From a virus, in IMG/VR virus record IMGVR_UViG_3300043425_000676, positions 8,062 through 72,061 of that record: a DNA stretch of 64,000 bases. The stretch is one strand, 5' to 3'. The position numbers and the translations under genes were made by a program. This document shows, one piece after another, positions 45,550 through 56,300 of the stretch (position 1 is the stretch's first letter; each line of letters starts with the position of its first letter). The notes beneath the pieces are model-generated. The model saw nothing but the letters and a program-made list of their open reading frames with translations. It had not been told where the DNA came from and ran no database searches.

Positions 45550-47121
45550 TTAGCTCGTTCTGTAAGGGTTTCTGCTTGTGGAATTGTCACCAACTGTAAA
45601 ACCGTAGGTCGCTCGAACCTTTACTTTTTGGTCTGGGTGCTCTCTGGGTATCGGCTTAAAAACCCAATCGCCCACTTCAAATGTAGCAGGGACTCTAAAC
45701 GTTAGCCCGTGCTTTCCAGCTTCGATGTACGCAAGCCTTAATGCTTGCCTGAAGTTTTGGTTGCTACTTCCAGCCATGCGAAGGGCTTGGATCATAATCT
45801 CCTTGCATGTCGGCTTTTTCGTTTTGGGTTGAGCACTTCGACTCACCTCCCGCATCTCTCCGTCAACAAATTCCAATCCCTGAGCCTTGATCTCCCTTGG
45901 AGTCGGCTCATACCCGCAATGCTTGCACTTGCCCCCACGGTAGATCGCTCCGCAGCTTGGGCACTCGACGGTAGCCCTGGCTTCGTGTGTCTTGGCTGGA
46001 CGGTCGCCCCATTCCAACGTCCAGTCGATGTCATCCTCGAAGAATCCGTGCTTGCGAATGTTGTCGGCATGATCGAGCACAATGCAGTCGGACACTTCGG
46101 GGTGAACTCGGGATCCTCTACCGACCATTTGCCTGTACCTGACGACGCTGCCGATCGCGGTGCAGAGCTGAACGCACCCAACCCTCGGGATATCCGTCCC
46201 TCGCTCGATCACACCTACATTGCAGATATACTGGATGTAACCCTTGTTTAAGTGCGAAAATAGCCGTTGTCGTTCTTCGTCCTCGGTTTCCCCGTCCACG
46301 TAGTAAGCATCAACGCCGTTTTGCCGCAGCAACTCCATTGCCTCTTGTGCCTGCGATCGCCTTGGGAAGAACCCGACCGTAGATCTGCCCTCAGCTAGCC
46401 TCTTCCAATCCCGCACCAAATCTCCTGCGAGCCCCTCCATAGCCTTCGCAACGCTGTCCTCGGTATACTCGTCGCCTTTCTTTACGAGTACGTCTAGCTT
46501 GCCTTTGGTGGCTTGGAAGTACCGAAAGGAGGACAGAAACCCGTTGTCGATGAGCCAGGACGGGGAAGGCCCATTGACGATCTTTGAGAATATCTTGTTC
46601 AGCTCTTTGTGTTGCGGTGTAGCAGACAGACCTAGCACGAACGGCTCAGCCAGCCCTAGTTCTTGCCGCTTCGCGTTGTGCGCCAATAGGAACGACCTAA
46701 ACTTCTGCACTTGCGCATGAATCTCATCGAACACCAGGAAGTCGTAGGTGTGATCGGTGGCGTACTTTTCCTTGTCAACGTACCAACTTAGCTTCGTGTC
46801 GATTGAGGCGACTTGCAATTGCCTACCAGGGGAGGTATCGCACCCCGACATGATCACTCCATGCTGCAATACAGGATGCTCATTGAATGAATCGCTGGCG
46901 TTTTGCACAAGCCCACGGCGGTGAACCATGAATGCGGCTCGACCAGACTCGTTCTCTCGCTTCGGTCGATTTAGATATGCGCCAAGGATGTGCTTGGCAG
47001 TGATCGTCTTCCCCGCACCAGGGGGCATGCAAGCGATTACGCTCTTGTGCGTTGCAAGTTCTTTTCGCAGCTCGGCAACGAGCGTTTCTTGGTATGGTCG
47101 CAATGTTGGGATCTCGATCAT
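45550..47121 (-). CDS. Superfamily 2 DNA helicase with C-terminal zinc finger
   Basis: LRPYQ, PGAGKT, DEIH, LSATP, GTDIP, QMVGRGSR, CPSC..CKHCG. Confidence 0.92.
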   Translation of the reverse strand: MIEIPTLRPYQETLVAELRKELATHKSVIACMPPGAGKTITAKHILGAYLNRPKRENESGRAAFMVHRRGLVQNASDSFNEHPVLQHGVIMSGCDTSPGRQLQVASIDTKLSWYVDKEKYATDHTYDFLVFDEIHAQVQKFRSFLLAHNAKRQELGLAEPFVLGLSATPQHKELNKIFSKIVNGPSPSWLIDNGFLSSFRYFQATKGKLDVLVKKGDEYTEDSVAKAMEGLAGDLVRDWKRLAEGRSTVGFFPRRSQAQEAMELLRQNGVDAYYVDGETEDEERQRLFSHLNKGYIQYICNVGVIERGTDIPRVGCVQLCTAIGSVVRYRQMVGRGSRVHPEVSDCIVLDHADNIRKHGFFEDDIDWTLEWGDRPAKTHEARATVECPSCGAIYRGGKCKHCGYEPTPREIKAQGLEFVDGEMREVSRSAQPKTKKPTCKEIMIQALRMAGSSNQNFRQALRLAYIEAGKHGLTFRVPATFEVGDWVFKPIPREHPDQKVKVRATYGFTVGDNSTSRNPYRTS

Positions 47122-47138
47122 TGTTTAACCTTCACTTG

Positions 47139-47342
47139 TCAATCATTAGCTTTCATGGCGTTGATCTTTTTTCCAAGCACAACCGTCCAATACCAGTTGT
47201 ATAGATCGGTTGATAAGTAGGATGGATTGGTAATGACGACCTTTACGTTACAGGAAGGACACCTGAAAGCAGGGTCTTTTCCGTCTGGAGACGCTACATT
47301 TAATTTTGCACTGCAAAAAGAACATTTTATCTCCATCACCAA
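47139..47342 (-). CDS. Zinc-ribbon protein
   Basis: CSFC...CPSC; GGAGG RBS. Confidence 0.6.
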   Translation of the reverse strand: MVMEIKCSFCSAKLNVASPDGKDPAFRCPSCNVKVVITNPSYLSTDLYNWYWTVVLGKKINAMKAND

Positions 47343-47379
47343 ACCTCCATAACCGCCGCCCCGAAGTGGTTTGGCAAAA

Positions 47380-47459
47380 GGATCGGGCAGGATTCGAACC
47401 TGCTTGGCAACCCGTTAGAGGGCATAGTGCCTATGCATGTCCCACCACGCCGCCGATCC
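47380..47459 (-). ncRNA. tRNA-like element (GGATCGG family, copy 3)
   Basis: Acceptor GGATCGG/CCGATCC, D-arm GCGT-GGTGGGAC-ATGC, T-arm GCAGG-TTCGAAT-CCTGC, bulged arm GGCA..CCC-TCTAAC-GGG..TGCC. Confidence 0.7.
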
Positions 47460-47466
47460 TGTTTCG

Positions 47467-48141
47467 CTAGTCAATCGATCCGTTAAGCACCGCAATCGGT
47501 GCAATCTTTTGGATGTTAACGGGTTGAGCCGAGTTAAGCACCGCGACGTTAACCAAGTCGATTCCGGTCGAGTCGGTAGCCGTTGCTGATTGCCCGACGT
47601 TTAGGCCGTAGCCAGTCTTGGAAACAAGATCAAGAACAGAATCCTGCACCGTTCCGAAGGTGGTTTGGCTTGCACGAATGACCGCTTTGGTCGCGGATGT
47701 TGAGGTGTTGATGAAGTTGCAATTTGCAATCTGAAAATCAGTTCGCTGGCAAAACACCAAGTTGTTTGCGTTACTCGAAAAATTGGTGTAAGCCATCGAA
47801 AGTCTCGGCCTAACAGTCGATCCGGTTGACGGAACCATGCCGATCATACCAGGGCTCGTAAGCCCTGCCTGAGTCGTGATCGTAACAGGCTGCGATGCAG
47901 TTCCGTTGAGTTGAGCTTCGCCACTACACATGAGCCAGTATGTCGTCGTTCTGACCTCGATGTTTACGCCTGGCTCAAAAACAATCTTGCCGCCTGGACT
48001 GACTGTTAGCCTAAAATCGACGAAGTAGTTCCCGGCAGGAATAACTCTCGTTTGACCCCCAAGAACCGTAGCCGACAACCTCGTTTGAGCCTGCGAAACG
48101 CTCGCAAGCATTGAAATCAAAAGCAAAGCAAATAGACGCAT
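47467..48141 (-). CDS. Secreted right-handed beta-helix-like protein
   Basis: Signal peptide MRLFALLLISMLASVSQA; 'LTVSPG..I.FEPG', 'GTASQPVTIT', 'IANCNFIN'. Confidence 0.65.
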   Translation of the reverse strand: MRLFALLLISMLASVSQAQTRLSATVLGGQTRVIPAGNYFVDFRLTVSPGGKIVFEPGVNIEVRTTTYWLMCSGEAQLNGTASQPVTITTQAGLTSPGMIGMVPSTGSTVRPRLSMAYTNFSSNANNLVFCQRTDFQIANCNFINTSTSATKAVIRASQTTFGTVQDSVLDLVSKTGYGLNVGQSATATDSTGIDLVNVAVLNSAQPVNIQKIAPIAVLNGSID

Positions 48142-48180
48142 GATAAAACCTTTCTGTGTGTGAAATGAAACAAATCAAAA

Positions 48181-48236
48181 AGATCGGGCAGGACTTGAAC
48201 CTGCCAAAGCTTATCAGGCTCGCTCAATGCCGACCC
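48181..48236 (-). ncRNA. tRNA-like element (GGATCGG family, copy 4), D-armless, GAT loop
   Basis: Acceptor GGGTCGG/CCGATCT, GAGC-CTGATAA-GCTT arm, T-arm GCAGG-TTCAAGT-CCTGC, trailer TTTTGATTTGT. Confidence 0.65.
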
Positions 48237-48243
48237 TCGCAAC

Positions 48244-48534
48244 TTAGGCAGTTGCCGCCTGTTCAACTTCGCTTTGCATCGGAGGGTGATCAAACGCGGC
48301 CTCAAGCAACTCAGTGTAACGCTCGTCGCGTTCCTTCTTGGTTAGTTTGCTCATCGGCCACACGCGATCTACCATCGCCAGTTTGGCTTGATGCTCGCTA
48401 GCCGCAACCACCCACAAGCTAGGGATTTCCCGCATTGCAAACACCGGCATGTCGCGTTTCCGACTGTCCTTCATTGCCGCTAGTTCATTGTTGTGAACAA
48501 CCGCATCTCGATTTTCCTTACTCATATTCCTCAA
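48244..48534 (-). CDS. Hypothetical protein
   Basis: ~93 aa, GAGGA RBS before MSKE. Confidence 0.65.
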   Translation of the reverse strand: MRNMSKENRDAVVHNNELAAMKDSRKRDMPVFAMREIPSLWVVAASEHQAKLAMVDRVWPMSKLTKKERDERYTELLEAAFDHPPMQSEVEQAATA

Positions 48535-48573
48535 TAAACCTTTCCAATGAAAACTTTTAACCGTAACTGAAAA

Positions 48574-49428
48574 TTACTTCTTTTTGTTAAGTTGGTCTCG
48601 ACGACTGTTGTAGGTGCCGCGTACAGCCGTTTTGACTTCCTCCGACTCGTTGCTTAGCAATGGATCGCTAGCCACAACGTTTAGCTTCTCCATTGAGTCA
48701 GCAGCCAGCATTTGCCTACCCCAAAGATCAATGCGGTGGTTGAAGTGGAACGATCGCACTTGGCTTTGGGTCGCCTTTGGCATCTTGCTCATGTAGTCGT
48801 TGAGCATCCCAACTTCATCGCATTGGCGCAATCCATCGATCCAGGTTTGCGTATCCTTTGGCAAGCTGTCGTAATCTGGCTCAGCCAACCTTACAGGCGT
48901 TGTGTTCTTACTGCTAGATGATTTTGGTGGCGGTGGCTTGGGTTGCTCTTCAGGCGGTGCTGACTCTCCACCCATTGGGATATTGTCGGCTTCGTTGTCT
49001 GGCTGACCTCGTAGGTGGAACGCCGATAGATACGCAGCTTTGGCAGCATAGCTGATAGCCTTGCCAGTAGCCTTGTCGCTATTGTCCAGACCTTGCCCCC
49101 ATCCGACGATATCTAGCGTCTCAACAGGGTTGTCGGCATTCACAAGCGATATGACGATCAGGCACTCGGCATACCAAGTGGTCTTTGGCTTGCCCCATTT
49201 GTCAACCTCTTGCGTGCCCTCCAGTTTGCGATCGCGGATCTCTTTGATAAACGCAATCACGCCATGCTCAACCAGAGCCATGCGAAGCTTATCGTCGATA
49301 TCGTCGATCTTGTGATAGGCATAATGATCTCCGTATGATGCCATTCCACTCTTGCCAATCGCACCCATGGTCTTCATCACTTGAACAATGCGCTGATGCA
49401 AATTCAAATTACTCATCGTTACCTCCAA
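48574..49428 (-). CDS. ERF-family ssDNA-annealing protein
   Basis: 'GWGQGLDNSDKATGKAISYAAKAAY..AF.L....DNEAD'; GGAGG RBS before MSNL. Confidence 0.85.
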   Translation of the reverse strand: MEVTMSNLNLHQRIVQVMKTMGAIGKSGMASYGDHYAYHKIDDIDDKLRMALVEHGVIAFIKEIRDRKLEGTQEVDKWGKPKTTWYAECLIVISLVNADNPVETLDIVGWGQGLDNSDKATGKAISYAAKAAYLSAFHLRGQPDNEADNIPMGGESAPPEEQPKPPPPKSSSSKNTTPVRLAEPDYDSLPKDTQTWIDGLRQCDEVGMLNDYMSKMPKATQSQVRSFHFNHRIDLWGRQMLAADSMEKLNVVASDPLLSNESEEVKTAVRGTYNSRRDQLNKKK

Positions 49429-50239
49429 TCAGTGTTAGCGTGGCGTAAATCTTGCGAGCGATCTCCACTCGCGACCGGAGCGTATCGATGAAGTCATCGT
49501 TTCGCTGGAATGTGAAACACTTGATGCGTTGATACTCTGGCACAAGCGTGCTAGCGGCGTGCATCCTTTCGACCTGAGCGATAGCCTTCTTGTAGTGCGG
49601 GTTTTCCTCGTCGCAGTTGAAGCGAAAGTAAAACCGCTTCTTTTCCTCCTCAACGATCTCAAGCGGAGTGTCAACAAGGATGTGCGCGACTCGAAACATC
49701 GATCTGCCAGTCAGAGCCATATACACCTGACCTTGCGCATAATACAAAGGATCGGGCTTCTCGGTCTCAAAGAATGTGCGAAGCGACCAAGAGCACTTGA
49801 TGTCCTCAACCCACTCGTCATCGAGGATGATGTCCGGAGTTCCGGTGAAGTGATCGTCCTCGAAGGAATCCTCGTTCTTCACGCGAAACTTACCTATCAC
49901 CTGCCGCGACAAAACGTCAATGGCGGCTTCCTCGCATAAAAGACCCTTGAGAATCTCGTTGGTGACTACAGGCTCGTCGTACCCGTAGGTGTTCCTGAGC
50001 CAGCAATCTCGGATGTAGTTCTTGGCGGTGGATCCAAACTTGAACTCACCGTCTCGCTTCTCAACAAGCTCGTCAAGCTCTGCCTGCATAGTAGCAGTCA
50101 AAGGCTTGGCACTCGCATCGTTCTTGCGGGCTTCTAGTTCCTTGAGCCTAGCAAGCTGCTTTTCTGTAATTGCGTTTCCGCCGACCATCAACTGACCGAC
50201 AGACGACGCACGAAACTTTACTGACGCTGTGTCAGCCAT
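49409..50239 (-). CDS. YqaJ/lambda-exonuclease-like nuclease
   Basis: 'RASS', 'KG...EE.AI', 'TGTPDI...DIKCSW', 'YYAQGQVYM'. Confidence 0.85.
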   Translation of the reverse strand: MADTASVKFRASSVGQLMVGGNAITEKQLARLKELEARKNDASAKPLTATMQAELDELVEKRDGEFKFGSTAKNYIRDCWLRNTYGYDEPVVTNEILKGLLCEEAAIDVLSRQVIGKFRVKNEDSFEDDHFTGTPDIILDDEWVEDIKCSWSLRTFFETEKPDPLYYAQGQVYMALTGRSMFRVAHILVDTPLEIVEEEKKRFYFRFNCDEENPHYKKAIAQVERMHAASTLVPEYQRIKCFTFQRNDDFIDTLRSRVEIARKIYATLTLIGGNDE

Positions 50240-50302
50240 AGTAGCAAGTCTCCCAAAATGCTATTGAAATTGTCGCCAGACAACAACGTCCAGCACGACA
50301 GT

Positions 50303-50330
50303 ATCCTAGCACGCAGACCCCACCATGCAA
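50303..50330 (-). promoter_or_regulatory. Sigma70-like promoter of the recombination/replication operon
   Basis: TTGCAT-N16-TAGGAT with extended -10 TG. Confidence 0.5.
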
Positions 50331-50353
50331 TAGCACCCTGGGAATTTTTGACG

Positions 50354-53300
50354 TTATTTTTGATTCAATTTTTGCGTAATTTGACGCAATCTTTCGACCA
50401 AAGCGTCCTTCATCACAAGTGCCTGACCCTTGCGCTCGTACAGGGTTTTGTTGTTCCTGCGCCAATATGCCAGCAGTAGCAGCCTTGCCTCTTCTGGCCC
50501 GATCTTGCCGTCGATCATGGTCTTAAGTGCCTTGTCTCTCTCGGCAACAGCTTTGGCGTAGGTCGTATCGTCCTGGAAGTCCTTGCGTTTTGGATTGGCT
50601 GAAGCAGAGTAGACCAGCGATTGTTTGCGTTGCTCTCGGCGTTGCTTGAATCGCTCAAGTTCATCCTTGGTCAAGAAGTCCTTGTAGCCTGGATCCTTCG
50701 AGTCCCATTCCATCGCTTCGAGATCCTTCTCGATCAGCTTTTTGCGTTCCTCTGCGTTGGCGTTCTTGTACTTGGTCTTAGGCCCATAGGTTCCACCACT
50801 CATCCCGAGAATGTTTAGCATGGCGATCGCTGGGCCTTCTGGCACACCACGAGCCATCAGCGTTTCAACGACTTCCCGTCCAGCCAGAGGGATGAACAGT
50901 CCCGTGGTAGCCGTGGCTACCGTTGCTTTGTTGCCAACAACATCTTCTCCAGCAATGATGTTGATGCCAGCGGCGGGGATCGGTGCGAGTTTCTTGCGGA
51001 TAAAGTTGGCTGTCAGATCGAACGTACTATCCTGACCGTACTTCTTCTTCTCTCCCCGAATGTCAATAATTTCGCCTTCCATCGTCTTTTTCTGCCCAAG
51101 TCCAACTTGAGAAAGGAATGTGACGATTTGACCAAAGCCGGACAGTGGATCGATTCGCGTCTCTCCAATCTTGAGTTTCATGAAGTCCGTCGATCGCGGA
51201 TCCAGTTCGACGGTTGGCGATTCCTCATCATCGTCGTCGTACAGCAATCCTCCGAGTGCCACGGCGGTTGCTAAGAATCCGGCAACACCAAGGGCGTGTC
51301 GAGCGTATTCCATGGCGATGAGCCGCTTAACCCTGCCGGAAACCTTGGCATCCTGAAGCATGTAGAACGGCAACCCTAGATATGCGAAGCGAGACGCGAG
51401 GTATCTAGGTGCGAACAAGACGGTGCTGAGGTTTGCCGCGACCTTGTTATAACTCCCGAAGTCCCCTCTACCTGTCGATACGTTGATAAAATTGGCAATC
51501 GCCTTGGCTTCGTCCAGCGTCACCTGACCGTTTGCCCCGAGGGTATCGACGAAATAGGTAAACAGCCGGAACCGCAAGCCGTTGAGGTAGGTCGTGTAAG
51601 CCCTGGCGGACATTGCCACGGGTGTCAAAACCGCCTTGCTGAACTTGTTGATCTTTGTGCCCTTCTTGCCGATGCCGTCCCTTGCCCATCGACCCATGTA
51701 GGCTTCTTCTTGGTTCTGGATCCTGCCAGCACTAGCCGTAACCTCAAGTTTGGCTTGTACCGCAAACGAATAGAGCCGGTGCTTGCTCATCTGTTCGGCG
51801 ATATTAAACTCTTCCTCTTGGCTGAAGATAGCCCGTCGCATTTCCTTTGCAGCCTCTCTGGCAAGCATTGGGTGAGCGAACGTCCCTGGGCCGCCCTGGC
51901 GGAACACCGCCGACAAGTCCATGGATGTCATAATCGCTCTTGCCAGGAATGAAGTCTCCCGAGCCCAGTCGAAGACCCTCTCTTTGGGGCTCAACTGCGA
52001 CAATCGCCATTCTGCCGCCAGGCGGAAGAACTCCTCTTTTATTTCCTCAAGTCGCCTCTTGTGCTTGGTTATCTCGTCGCTTTCGAGTGGGGCTTTCTTG
52101 GGTTTTGCTCCAAAGTAGCCGTGCGCCATGCGATCTTCGTAATCCGCAATCCTGTTTTTCAGGTTGGCGATATAAGCTACCTCTGCTCGCTCTTGAGGGC
52201 TCATCTTGGGGTTCTGTTGTGCCTTAATCGCGTCTCTCTGAGCACGCAACGATTCGAGCTCTGCTTGCTTGGCTTTGAGTTCTGCGCTCGTTACGGGCTC
52301 AGCACGACCTCTAGGGGAGAAATCTCCGGTGCGGAGTTGTTCCGTAACCCTTTCGATCTCCCGATCGGTAGCCCTGAGAGCTGCTGCAAGCCGTTGCTCC
52401 TTGGTCGCTCCCTGCCGAGGAAACATCTCGCGGTAGTCTTTGGTGACTTCCGCTAGGATTCGCTTTTGCTCAGCCAAATCCTTGTCTTTGCTTGCCAAAT
52501 CGACCTGCGTCTTGGTGATCGGCTTGCCTTCAGCCATAGCCTTCCGCAAATCCCTGATGCGGTTTGCCGTTGCCCGCATTGCGGCACCAATTGATGTCTT
52601 CAGGAGTCCCTGTTCATCCTCGGTGTAAAGGTTACTATTGCGCTTCATCTCGTTGACTTGTCGCACTAACGCTCGCTCATCGTCGGACATTTCGCGACGC
52701 TCGACACCCGTTGCCTTGGGTCGAATACCGGCTTCCAAATCCTTGATCTTCGCCATTTGGAGCAACTGACCGTTGATGTCGCGTTGCAATCGCTTGTTTG
52801 CGTCTGGAGAAAGCGGGGTAAATTGCCCATATCCGGTCAGCGCGTCCATTGTCTGCCGCTCGGTGATCTCCGGGTCGATCTCCTGGAGCGATCTCCAGAC
52901 GGCATCTAGGACGACTTCAACGCGATCTTCTTGATCCGCCGTGACGATTCCGCTTTCAATAATCGCCATCTCGATCTCACGGGCGATACGGGTAAGCCCC
53001 TCAACATCCCCAGGGCTGACCATCGGAATCGGGATTTCACCTTGCGCCTTGATCTTCTCCCATGCCGTCGCAAACGCAGCCTGAGCCTGAACAGGCAGTT
53101 CGCCACCTATCTCTTTGCGCAAATTGGCTAGCAGTTCACCGTAGGAGAATACGCCAGCTTCGACGTATGCCATGACGACACTCTCGGCTTCCTCAGCCAT
53201 TCGTTCGTCTTCGGTCTGCATCAGCGTGTCAGAGCCACCCTTGGGCTTGAAGATGCTTGAGAACTTCTTGACGAAGCTCTGTACCGCCGTGGCGGCTTTT

Positions 53301-56300
53301 TGCCGTGGCTCGCTCTTGGTCTTGGTCTTGGGTGCTTTCTTCAAGTCATCGTCGACCACTTGTCGCACACCGTCTTGCCGTTGAAGGTCGGCAATCACCT
53401 GCTCGGCTTTCGCCAAGTCGCCCTGAACCTTCGCCAGTTCCGCAGCCAACTCAGCGATTTGCCTTGTCTGCTCTGCGCTAAGTCTCTCACCGCCGTTGGC
53501 AGCCCTGCCCCGACGCAACAACGCAGCACGAGAGAAATCCGATCGCAAGGTGATTTTCCTGGCTCCAAATGCCCTTGCTTGCAGGGTTCCGATCTTTTTG
53601 TCGACCTTCTCCATTTCCTCCATGGCATCCACTATCAGGTCAACTTCCCTGAGTGCCTTGGCTGCGGCAACGCTGTCTTTTCGGTCTTTGGCTGCAAACA
53701 ATCGATCTTCAGCGGCTTCGCGAGCGTTTTCCAGCCCCCGGTAGTGCATTTGCAAAACAGCTACTTCAATCTGGTCTGGGGATCTCAGTTTGTCGTCCAG
53801 TTCTTTAACGAGTCGATCGCCGAGGGTAGGATCCTGTCTGAGCCTGTGCCCAGCTTCCTCCAGCCACTCATCCATTGTCTCGGATTCTGCATCCACCAGC
53901 CCTGGCGACCCTCGAAGCAGAGCCATGTAGTTCGCCACTTCGTTTTGGATGCTCGTCACTGGATTTGCAGGACGCAAGACGGGCTCGCCCCTGGAAACAG
54001 GCTCGCCGCCCTTGCCGCCACGCTGGTCGGCTGGCAACCCTCGCTGAACCAACTTGTCGAACAGATCGCGGATTTCCTTGGGGAGAGGCGTTCCGGTGAT
54101 CTCTTGCACACCGCTGTAGATTTCTCGCATCCAACGGGAGATCTTTTGGAACAGCGAATCCAGGACGCTATTCGGGGAGTCACCCTCGTACCAATACTGC
54201 TCCCACATCTTGGCGGCTTTTTCTTCCGCCTTCACATCCCACTTCGTTACCCATTTGCCATTCACAAAGCTTCCAGCACCGCTCGCCTTCTCTAACGCTT
54301 CGATTTCCTCATCGGTGATGTCGGCACGCTTTTCGGCTGGCACGCTCTTGTCGAGCAGGAACAGTCGCATCGGATGGAAGAACTCGTGGATGAACGTCGA
54401 GAAGTCAGCCTTGTTTGTGGCTCCGATCAGTGCTCGATGTGCGCTGATGAACTTCGTCCAGCCCTTGACGCTGCCGCCTTGCTGTTGGTTCTGCATCAAG
54501 ATGTTCGGGTTGTTCGGGTCGAACATGCCGCGATTGCCGGTGGCGGACTTGATTTGGGTTGGGCGTAACGCCACCCACACATCCTTCCCTACGCCTCCAA
54601 CACCTTTGAATCGCTCGTCTTGAACTCCGTCAAAGCCAGCCTCTTCAAGCTTCTCAATGACAGCATTATTAAATTCCACCCTGTCTTCAATGCCTAAACT
54701 TACTACTTCTCTTCGGGCAGCAGCCAGATCCTTCAAGCTAGCTGGGTTTTTGACACTCAAGTAGAACGGTCTTGTTTTACCAAGAGCTAGTGCGCCAGAT
54801 TCTTCAGAAGTAAACCAAAAACCCGGAGATACACTGTAATTTGCGTCGAATACATCAAACTCTTTATCTGTTCCGTGGTAAACAACCAGAGGTTTTCCGT
54901 CCTTGTCCACCACCTTGCTATCGCCAAACCATCGCACAAAATTCTGCCATGTCGGCTTGCCGTTTGGAGCGATCTTTTCGCCCCACTTGTCTCGAGCGTA
55001 TGACACGACTGCAGGGCGATAGTCGCTCTCGTTGAACTTGTATCCTGACGGTTGATCGAAATCTTCTTGTGCCATCGCCTGCCCAGGCACCGGCGTACCA
55101 TACGGAGCAAACCCGATCTCATTGCGACCGAATGCCGTGATGTCTTCGAGCGTAATTCCAGCCTCGATCTGATCATCGGACAGCACCCTACCGAACGCCC
55201 TCTTTGCCATCGTGACAACTTGGTCGCGTGTGATGCCCGAGACTGCTGCCGCCTGCTGCACACCATCCATGCCTGCGACTTCTGCCGCTAAGCGAAGGAA
55301 ACGGCTCACCTGCAACGTGCGCTCGCGTCCAATGGTCTTGACCGAGTAGGCAACGAAGTCACGTAGATTGGTGATTCCAGCGTCCTGAGCGGCGATGGAG
55401 AGGTTCAACGCCTCCGACCACATATTCTCGTTTACGTCTGGTGCGGTCTGGTAAAGCGGGGGCGGTAGATTGCGCAGGTTGTCTGAAAGCTCGGCTTGAT
55501 TCTTTTCGTCATTAGCAGCTTTAGCTTCAACGTATATAGGTTCTCCTTCCTCGTTCAGAACCTTGCTAGCCTCAATCGCTACAGATTCGCCGTTTTCTTC
55601 GTACAAAACGTGCGTGTCAGATCTATAGCCAGTAACAGCATGTTCCTCGATGTCATAAGAAACATTTTCTTGCGCAGGCTCACCTGTCATTTGCTCCTTA
55701 AACATCTCTGCTTGCATGTCATCAACAGCCTGCCTACCTGAAGCACGCTTGCGCTTTCGAATATAAATTGAAGTACCGACTGGGGCTATATTCCTAAACC
55801 AAGACGGAGAGCCCTCTGGGTTTGCCTCGATCTCTGCGACAAGCGACTTGAGTTTCTTCTGCTTTATATCAAGCTGCTCCTGTCGCACAAACGGAAGCTT
55901 TGCAGACTCATTAGCCGACTTAACAAACGCCTGCTTTTTCTCAATCTCTGCGTTTTTGTTTTCTATTCGCTTCCCGAGGTTACGCAATAGCCCGTCCATG
56001 CTAGAAAACGAAGGCTTTATCTCGTAATATTGCTTCTCGGCAAACATCTGCTTGCCCAGTATGAATATGCCGATACCTCTGTACTCTGCGACCTTCTTCT
56101 TTTTTGCGTCTCCGGTCGCGAAGCTGGACACTGAGTACCTTTCGAAAAGATCTTGGAGTGCTTCCCCTATAGATTCAGCACCTCTGATCTCTTTATTGGG
56201 AAACCCAGCGACATCACCAAGAGTCATAACTGGCTCTGGAACCTTGCCGTCCTTGTCGGCCTGCGGCTTTGAATCGCGGTAGGTTTTTTGCATCTTGGAA

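Noticed and set aside
47410-47425. Amber suppressor tRNA (CTA in the loop) and TAG recoding
   Set aside because: The loop is not a canonical 7-nt loop on a 5-bp stem, and core genes such as capsid and terL end normally at TAG with no fragmented ORFs
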